From: a virus
Length of the DNA: 18,544 nt
Direction: 5' to 3' (one strand)
IMG/VR virus record: IMGVR_UViG_3300045988_133636
Coordinates: 1 to 18,544 of that record
In this document: piece after piece, positions 13,462 to 18,544 of the stretch
Layout: the number at the start of each line of letters is the position of its first letter
Numbering within the stretch: the stretch's first letter is position 1
Translations under genes and position numbers: made by a program
Notes under the pieces: generated by a model
Databases searched by the model: none
The model's input: only the letters and a program-made list of their open reading frames with translations
What the model was told of the DNA's origin: nothing

Positions 13462-15087
13462 CTATACCTCCTCATGTAATTTTGCTTCGGGATAAGGATT
13501 GACTGTCTTTGTGTTATATTGTATAACTTCCCCAACTCTATCATTTCTAATTTCAAAATGACAATGAGGTCCAGTACTTTTCCCAGTGTCCCCACTTTTT
13601 GCTATTACCTGCCCTTGCTTTACGTGGTCACCAATATTTACAAGTAACTCACTATTATGGGCGTAAATTACTATACTATCACCATGTTGAATTTTTAAGA
13701 AATAACCATAACTTGTTGTTAATTCTTTTTTGTCAATAACTACCCCGTCCTTACTAGCCCATACTGGTGTACCTATAGGACAAGCAATATCTAAAGCATT
13801 ATGTGGATTGCCTGAGGGATAAGCGGGATAAACTGAACTGATAGTACCTTTAACTGGTAATAACCAATTATCACCAGCTTTATTATTAACATATTTTCCG
13901 TTAGGAATAGGCTTATTACCTCCACTTTCGCAGGTTGGTAACCATCCATTTCCATTATTTTCTTTGATAGGTGGACCATATGAACCATTAGGATTTATGG
14001 TCACAATACTTCTAAATTCATACACATTTTTAAAGTAAATATCACATTCCGCTTTTCGTCTTGCAACTATACCACCCTGAACTACTCCGTTATCATCCCT
14101 TATTATATAATTTTCCCATATAGGGCGGATATAACTTTCATTGAAAGGGTCTTTTTTTAAAGCATTTGGAAGTGATGTATATGTCGGTGTACCTACTACA
14201 GCACCAACCCCCGCATTAAAAGCTAAATCACATAAAGCGTCAAACTGATTTTGTTGAGTTATTCCAATTTGTTTACAAAAATTTACGATAGGTTTTCCGT
14301 ATTTTTCTTGCTTTAATTTGTATGATAATTTACTTGCGTATTCTTCATCAACTGGTTGTTTAGAAACTAAATCATTAAATTCATTTGGTTCCGATTTTGT
14401 TACTCCATAACCTATAGTTGGTACGCCCCCACTATCTTTATAAAGATATTTCCCAAAACCTTCATAGCCTTTCATAAATCTAAAACCTTTAGAACTCATT
14501 ACACCATTTTTCCAATCACCACAATTACCATCAACTGAGCCACCGCCCCCGCCTTCGCTTCCACTATCTCCAGCGGTTGCTAATTTACCTAATGGGGTAG
14601 TTGTAGCAAAAATAACACCACTTCCCATTTCAGCTATATCTTCATAACTTTTAAGAACATTTTCACCGAATCCAACACCTTCGTTTTCGTATTCCCTAGT
14701 AGGTAATCCGTCTTTGGTCCAACGGTCAACGTGACATCTATCGATAAAACATTCCAGCCATTCAAAATCAAACATATATGTTTGTAAAACATCTAATTTA
14801 ATATATAAGTAAGTAGTTTTTTCTGTTCTGAATTGTCTATCCATAATATAATAAAAATAATATTTATGGTCTAAGCCTTCATAGTAACAATAATTAACTT
14901 TTTCTAATTCTTGTAAAGGCTTATCTATTGGAATATAATATAAATTAGCGTCTGCTTTTAAAGGGGCTTCAAAGGTATAAACAGTTCTATCTCTAAAATA
15001 TTTCTCTTGATTTATAGGATTTTTAAAATCAACGTTATCCTCTGAGCCATAGAAAAAATCTGTAATATTACATAATCTTATTCTCAT
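13462..15087 (-). CDS. Tail protein with dual peptidoglycan hydrolase domains: GH24-type lysozyme + M23 peptidase (541 aa)
   Basis: The lysozyme signature is GYEGFGKYLYKDSGGVPTIGYGVT. The M23 signatures are HNALDIA (HxxxD) and GDTGKSTGPHCHFEI (HxH). This is the same domain pair as phi29 gp13. The N-terminal 170 aa or so (YFYYIMD..IKLDVLQTYMFDF) resemble, from memory, the N-terminus of phi29-family tail knob proteins. Confidence 0.85.
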   Translation of the reverse strand: MRIRLCNITDFFYGSEDNVDFKNPINQEKYFRDRTVYTFEAPLKADANLYYIPIDKPLQELEKVNYCYYEGLDHKYYFYYIMDRQFRTEKTTYLYIKLDVLQTYMFDFEWLECFIDRCHVDRWTKDGLPTREYENEGVGFGENVLKSYEDIAEMGSGVIFATTTPLGKLATAGDSGSEGGGGGSVDGNCGDWKNGVMSSKGFRFMKGYEGFGKYLYKDSGGVPTIGYGVTKSEPNEFNDLVSKQPVDEEYASKLSYKLKQEKYGKPIVNFCKQIGITQQNQFDALCDLAFNAGVGAVVGTPTYTSLPNALKKDPFNESYIRPIWENYIIRDDNGVVQGGIVARRKAECDIYFKNVYEFRSIVTINPNGSYGPPIKENNGNGWLPTCESGGNKPIPNGKYVNNKAGDNWLLPVKGTISSVYPAYPSGNPHNALDIACPIGTPVWASKDGVVIDKKELTTSYGYFLKIQHGDSIVIYAHNSELLVNIGDHVKQGQVIAKSGDTGKSTGPHCHFEIRNDRVGEVIQYNTKTVNPYPEAKLHEEV

Positions 15088-15109
15088 TTATTTACTCCTT
15101 TCTAAGAAT

Positions 15110-15133
15110 AAAAGAACGGTTACCCGTTCTTTT
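15110..15133 (-). terminator. Hairpin with U tract directly after the capsid gene (attenuator/terminator)
   Basis: AAAAGAACGG (15110-15119), loop TTAC, CCGTTCTTTT (15124-15133). On the minus strand it starts 3 nt after the capsid stop and is followed by TTTTATTCTT. Confidence 0.65.
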
Positions 15134-15135
15134 AA

Positions 15136-16221
15136 TTATTCTGTTGTTGTAAAAACAACCGCTGGGGCATATAAACAACCAGCAAAAATTCCTTCTCTAT
15201 TTGCAAAATGGTTTGTGTATTGTCCATCAGGATTAAAGAAACTTCCGCCACCATTCCAAGTGTCCCATATTTGTAAAAATTCCTTATCCATTAAAACACC
15301 AAGTATTTTTTTACCTGAGTATTTAGTTTTTGAAACTGGTATTTCATCCACATGAATTATTGAATAAGCTATTTCAGATTTATCAAGATTGAAAACATAA
15401 GCTAAGGTATTTACGTCAATTTTTGCTTCTACGTCAGGGGTAGTGATAAACACTAAATCTTCCCTATTTACCCAGTTTTCTACTTTAGCCATATTATACT
15501 TATCAGATGGAAATTCCATTAATCCAGCGGTTGCCCTAATTTGTTCTAATAACTCTTTTTGGTCCGTGTTGTAATTAGGTATTTCTATCTCTTTAACATC
15601 TTGTTTCTTAGCTGTTATATCTTCCTCGGATATTACATTAGTAACAGTATCTAACTTCTTACCTGATATTAACGCCCCTATTAAATTTTTTGTCATTTTA
15701 AATTCCATTTTTTCAAGTCCATTCTGTAAACTTGTTGTAATAGAATTTATTAATCTTTGTAATCCACCCTCAGTGTAGAAAGCTTTTTTCATATCTTTAA
15801 CCATAATAGTTATTTTAGATTTCTTATCATAGTTAGTTGTAATATAAAGCACTTCAACTTTAGGTTTAATCTTTCTGATTAAATCAGCTTCGGGTGTGTT
15901 TCCATCACCCCAGTGTTCAGTAAAATTCTTTACTTGAGCGTCAAAAACAAATTGCATTTCTAACCCATCACCATTTTCAAGGTAACCTCTTTTTAATTTT
16001 TTAAGAGGATTTGTAAAGTTCTTTGAGTAAACTCTAGGTAAAACATATTTATTAGTTAAAGTTTCAACAAAAGAGTTTAAAGTTGTTGGCATTTCTGTTA
16101 CAATATCAGCTAATCTTTTTAAACCTTCCATGTCTAATTTAGCTGGTACAGATATACCTCTTTTTTCTAAATCCTCACGCATTGGTTCAAGGACTTCGCT
16201 ATTTTTTACTACTTCAGCCAT
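15136..16221 (-). CDS. Major capsid protein (361 aa)
   Basis: AGGAGG RBS. It lies immediately downstream of a small acidic coiled-coil scaffold gene. Size and position are as for phi29 gp8-type capsid proteins. No diagnostic motif can be read by eye. Confidence 0.7.
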   Translation of the reverse strand: MAEVVKNSEVLEPMREDLEKRGISVPAKLDMEGLKRLADIVTEMPTTLNSFVETLTNKYVLPRVYSKNFTNPLKKLKRGYLENGDGLEMQFVFDAQVKNFTEHWGDGNTPEADLIRKIKPKVEVLYITTNYDKKSKITIMVKDMKKAFYTEGGLQRLINSITTSLQNGLEKMEFKMTKNLIGALISGKKLDTVTNVISEEDITAKKQDVKEIEIPNYNTDQKELLEQIRATAGLMEFPSDKYNMAKVENWVNREDLVFITTPDVEAKIDVNTLAYVFNLDKSEIAYSIIHVDEIPVSKTKYSGKKILGVLMDKEFLQIWDTWNGGGSFFNPDGQYTNHFANREGIFAGCLYAPAVVFTTTE

Positions 16222-16232
16222 TTTATTTCCTC

Positions 16233-16490
16233 CTATAATCTTTTTAATATATCATCATAAGTCACTACCTTTTCAGGTGCTTCTTTTGATTGCGTTTCTT
16301 GAGTGTTAAAATTTCCTCTTTCATATAGAACCTTATAAGCATTTTCTAATTCTATTTTTTCTTTTTTTAATTTAGCAATTTCAGAATCTCTCTCTATTAA
16401 ATCCCTTGTTAAAGTTTCAATATTAGTATTGTTATCACCTTTATTTTCAGGATTATTTGTATTATTTTCTTGACCCTTGTTATCTTCCAT
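16233..16490 (-). CDS. Scaffolding protein (85 aa)
   Basis: I prefer the ATG at 16490, which has AGGAGGTG upstream, over the track start at 16517, which lies inside the structured leader. The protein is small, acidic and helical/coiled-coil and sits directly upstream of the capsid gene. Confidence 0.65.
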   Translation of the reverse strand: MEDNKGQENNTNNPENKGDNNTNIETLTRDLIERDSEIAKLKKEKIELENAYKVLYERGNFNTQETQSKEAPEKVVTYDDILKRL

Positions 16491-16514
16491 ATTTAACACC
16501 TCCTTATATATAAC

Positions 16515-16595
16515 CACTAGGGGGGTAGTAGCAAACTACCCGAGCAATGTGTGGCGGTTTCACCCGTGCTACCCACTTTTAATCATTCCCTAGTG
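16515..16595 (-). ncRNA. Candidate structured RNA (three-way junction), possibly a pRNA-like packaging RNA or leader element
   Basis: Closing helix CACTAGGG (16515-16522) / CCCTAGTG (16588-16595). Hairpin GGGTAGT (16523-16529) / ACTACCC (16535-16541). Third arm GTGG (16551-16554) / CCAC (16573-16576) plus CGG (16555-16557) / CCG (16564-16566) with a 6-nt bulge. 42 of 81 bases are G/C. The strand is inferred from the adjacent minus-strand promoter. Confidence 0.5.
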
Positions 16596-16609
16596 AAGTT
16601 ACCAAAATT

Positions 16610-16650
16610 AAAAGCATGAGAAAAAGATTACCTCTTTAACTCATGCTTTT
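16610..16650 (-). terminator. Long hairpin with U tract between the early right operon and the structured leader
   Basis: AAAAGCATGAG (16610-16620) pairs with CTCATGCTTTT (16640-16650). An inner AAAGA/TCTTT helix is possible. On the minus strand it is followed by TTTTAATTTT. Its 5' arm abuts the -10 box of the capsid promoter. Confidence 0.6.
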
Positions 16651-16679
16651 ATTATAACATATTGTTAACAAATTGTAAA
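16651..16679 (-). promoter_or_regulatory. Near-consensus extended -10 promoter for the scaffold-capsid-tail operon
   Basis: Minus strand reads TTTACA (16679-16674), 17-nt spacer ending in TGT, TATAAT (16656-16651). Confidence 0.8.
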
Positions 16680-16682
16680 CAC
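16663..16682. promoter_or_regulatory. Copy 2 of the conserved 20-nt element, overlapping the -35 and spacer of the capsid promoter
   Basis: TGTTAACAAATTGTAAACAC. It contains the 10-bp palindrome TTGTTAACAA. Related boxes TTATTAACAA (16685-16694) and TTGTTCACAA (16706-16715) follow at roughly 20-bp spacing. Confidence 0.6.
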
Positions 16683-16701
16683 TTTATTAACAAATTATTC
16701 A

Positions 16702-17355
16702 CTATTTGTTCACAATTAGTTCATCTATTAAATTTTGGATTAATGTTTTCATGCACTCAGGTGCGTTTTGGTCAATTAATAAATTTAGCTTTTTATCTAA
16801 ATATTGCCTTATTATTTCATCCTCAGATTGACAACACTCATGTATTACCATTAAGAGTACCTCATTTAACCATTCTAATTCACTAATTCTTTCTTCACCT
16901 ACTGAAATAGAATCTCTCATAAATTCTAATGAGTGTAAATTCATATCTCTTTCAAACTTTAATTTTTCTATTGAGTTAACTAACTCTTTCTTTTCTACTG
17001 ATGATTTATTAAGTTCTTCTTTAGTTAAATTATACTTATCAAACCAGTAATCACTAGCCTTTTTCTTCACCTCATACATTTCTGATAAAGCATCCAATCG
17101 GCTTTTAAGTTCTTCGTTTTTATGTTTTAAACTTTCAACTTGCTTTTCCATAAAACTAATTACACTGTCTTTTTCTCTAATTTCTTCTCTCATTTTACCG
17201 TTAAATTCATTTAAGAAATTAGCTTGTCTTTTCCACTTATCTTTTCTTACTTCTAATTGACAAATTTCTTCCCTTAAATCAATGTTTTCCTTTATTGTTT
17301 CATTTAACATTTCCCTTGTTTTTCCTAATCCTCTACCACCTATATTAAACTTCAT
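16702..17355 (-). CDS. Coiled-coil protein with N-terminal Walker-A-like GGRGLGKT (217 aa)
   Basis: I prefer the ATG at 17355, which has a GAGAGGAAAAGG RBS and overlaps the upstream stop, over the TTG at 17376. Most of the protein is heptad-rich. Function unknown. Confidence 0.7.
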   Translation of the reverse strand: MKFNIGGRGLGKTREMLNETIKENIDLREEICQLEVRKDKWKRQANFLNEFNGKMREEIREKDSVISFMEKQVESLKHKNEELKSRLDALSEMYEVKKKASDYWFDKYNLTKEELNKSSVEKKELVNSIEKLKFERDMNLHSLEFMRDSISVGEERISELEWLNEVLLMVIHECCQSEDEIIRQYLDKKLNLLIDQNAPECMKTLIQNLIDELIVNK

Positions 17356-17734
17356 TTTCCTTTTCCTCTCTTTCAATTAATCTTAATAAAAACTGATTAG
17401 CCTTCTTTAAATCCTCAATTCCGTTTTTATCTCTCCATCTTGTTACATATTTAATAATACTACCTTCTAAAAAATCCATTCCCCAACTATCGGTATAGTC
17501 CCATGTTTCAATACCTCTTTTATAATGTTTAGGTGTAATTGGTGTATCAGGTAATTCGCCCTCAGGTCCTTTAGGGTCATAATGACCTTCTACATATTTA
17601 TTTGAATAATAATCCTCATTCATAGCATTGCAACAAGTATCAGCGTAAATTCTACTATTAAAAACATGAATAACATTATCCTTATCGTCATATATTGCAT
17701 AATCACAGCAAAAACTTTCTACTCTATACTTCAT
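17345..17734 (-). CDS. DUF3310-like phage protein (129 aa)
   Basis: ATG at 17734 after TAGGAGG. The block PKHYKRGIETWDYTDSWGMDFLEGSIIKYVTRWRDKNGIEDLKKA resembles the DUF3310 family, as recalled from memory. Confidence 0.6.
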   Translation of the reverse strand: MKYRVESFCCDYAIYDDKDNVIHVFNSRIYADTCCNAMNEDYYSNKYVEGHYDPKGPEGELPDTPITPKHYKRGIETWDYTDSWGMDFLEGSIIKYVTRWRDKNGIEDLKKANQFLLRLIEREEKENEV

Positions 17735-17745
17735 TTTAAAACCTC

Positions 17746-18003
17746 CTAACAATTATCACTAATACACTTATTTAAAACCTTTTTGTAAGCGTCAAAATAA
17801 AACTCTTTCTTATCACCATTATAAGTAACTTCAAAATATAAACCGTCACTAACATTTGTACTTAATAAAGCTTTATTATTTTGTAGTGTTTTACAAGACC
17901 AAACCACATAAATATCATCATAATCTAAAGATAAATTTAAGAAATCATAATAATAACCTCTCACTAAATCTATTGACTTTAAAATAAATTCATTATTTCC
18001 CAT
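17746..18003 (-). CDS. Hypothetical early protein (85 aa)
   Basis: TAGGAGG RBS, which overlaps the stop of the upstream micro-ORF. No motif assigned. Confidence 0.75.
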   Translation of the reverse strand: MGNNEFILKSIDLVRGYYYDFLNLSLDYDDIYVVWSCKTLQNNKALLSTNVSDGLYFEVTYNGDKKEFYFDAYKKVLNKCISDNC

Positions 18004-18015
18004 AAATAAAACCTC

Positions 18016-18171
18016 CTAATATAATATATCACTTAATAATACAACTAAAATAAATGCTAATATTACAAATATTATTGAAGTTGTAAATGTATTATTATAA
18101 ATAAACATAAAGCTTATTGTTAATAACATAGTCACTAATACAGATAATATAATTTTTATAATTTTACTCAT
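18016..18171 (-). CDS. Small membrane protein, two predicted TM helices (51 aa); not in the ORF track
   Basis: My translation is MSKIIKIILSVLVTMLLTISFMFIYNNTFTTSIIFVILAFILVVLLSDILY. AGGAAGG lies upstream. The start overlaps the previous stop (TAATG) and its TAG stop lies within the next RBS. Confidence 0.6.
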   Translation of the reverse strand: MSKIIKIILSVLVTMLLTISFMFIYNNTFTTSIIFVILAFILVVLLSDILY

Positions 18172-18251
18172 TACTTTCTTACCTTCCTATCATATAAAAA
18201 TACCAATACAAATAAATTAAATAATACCCATAATATTATATATTTTATCAT
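18171..18251 (-). CDS. Micro-ORF, single TM peptide (26 aa); not in the ORF track
   Basis: My translation is MIKYIILWVLFNLFVLVFLYDRKVRK. GAGG lies 9 nt upstream. There is an ATGA overlap with the upstream ORF and a TAATG overlap with the downstream ORF. Confidence 0.45.
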   Translation of the reverse strand: MIKYIILWVLFNLFVLVFLYDRKVRK

Positions 18252-18376
18252 TTTACAACAACCTCAATTCTTCTTTTTCCGCAATGAACACATTCTGTTA
18301 ATTTATACATTTTCCCACCACGAATTACAAAAGCAAACCTAACTAATTCATGATTACAAAATATTCTTTTAAACAT
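18248..18376 (-). CDS. Small Cys/His protein, zinc-ribbon-like (42 aa); not in the ORF track
   Basis: My translation is MFKRIFCNHELVRFAFVIRGGKMYKLTECVHCGKRRIEVVVK (CxH..CxxC). GAGGTG lies 6 nt upstream. It is the first ORF after the right-end promoter. Confidence 0.55.
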   Translation of the reverse strand: MFKRIFCNHELVRFAFVIRGGKMYKLTECVHCGKRRIEVVVK

Positions 18377-18402
18377 ATTAACACCTCATTTCTTATATCT
18401 AA

Positions 18403-18431
18403 ATTATACCATTAAATGAATATTAGTACAA
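18403..18431 (-). promoter_or_regulatory. Extended -10 promoter for the right early operon
   Basis: Minus strand reads TTGTAC (18431-18426), 17-nt spacer ending in TGG, TATAAT (18408-18403). Confidence 0.7.
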
Positions 18432-18439
18432 GCTATAAA

Positions 18440-18459
18440 TGTTAACAAAATGTAAATAT
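18440..18459. promoter_or_regulatory. Copy 3 of the conserved 20-nt element, between the right ITR and the right early promoter
   Basis: TGTTAACAAAATGTAAATAT. Same orientation as copies 1 and 2. On the minus strand it lies just upstream of the -35 box. Confidence 0.55.
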
Positions 18460-18466
18460 TAAGACC

Positions 18467-18544
18467 AATTTCCATAGAAATAATTACGTCATTTCCACCA
18501 CCCCATTGGGGGAAAAAATAAAAAATGAGTACACCCCCTATTAC
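18467..18544. repeat. Right inverted terminal repeat (78 bp)
   Basis: Exact reverse complement of 1-78. Confidence 0.97.

Noticed and set aside
16515-16595. tRNA or tRNA-like gene
   Set aside because: The 8-bp closing helix, the 7-bp hairpin with a 5-nt loop adjacent to the 3' strand, and the absence of a T-loop (GTTCRANYC-like) or a D-arm do not fit a cloverleaf.
1-18544. Lysogeny or defence modules (integrase, repressor, toxin-antitoxin, restriction genes)
   Set aside because: All ORFs of meaningful size are accounted for by replication, packaging, virion or lysis functions or are small unknowns. No recombinase or nuclease motif was seen.

Overview
The window appears to be a complete 18,544-bp linear genome of a small, AT-rich, phi29-like (protein-primed) podovirus of a low-GC Firmicute. 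A Clostridium-type host is only a guess. Exact 78-bp inverted terminal repeats sit at both window ends. Two gene arms are transcribed inward and meet at a bidirectional terminator near 9365-9395. The plus-strand arm (103-9366) carries two small early genes and a fibre/appendage module: a 104-aa protein, three tandem collagen-like genes, and a 597-aa coiled-coil + metallo-beta-lactamase-fold + cell-wall-binding-repeat protein. It then carries a gp16-like packaging ATPase, a putative terminal protein, a family-B protein-primed DNA polymerase and three small ORFs. The minus-strand arm (18431 down to 9442) starts with six small early ORFs, three of them too short for the ORF track. These are followed by a consensus promoter, a G+C-rich structured leader, scaffold, major capsid, a tail protein with lysozyme + M23 domains, a tail knob-like protein, a holin-like protein, upper collar/portal, lower collar and an Amidase_3 endolysin. 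No integrase, repressor, tRNA or CRISPR was seen, so the phage is probably virulent. Six points deserve follow-up. (1) A three-way-junction RNA candidate just downstream of the capsid promoter has a bulge and a hairpin loop that are complementary, which makes it a possible pRNA. (2) Four perfect copies of the 16-bp palindrome TGTTTCACGTGAAACA lie in two pairs that bracket the ATPase-TP-polymerase block. (3) A 20-nt element occurs three times. (4) An isolated 48-nt G+C-rich hairpin lies between the lower collar and endolysin genes. (5) The MBL + wall-binding-repeat appendage resembles a teichoic-acid phosphodiesterase. (6) There is a collagen-like gene triplet. Functional calls rest on motifs read by eye. 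No database search was run.
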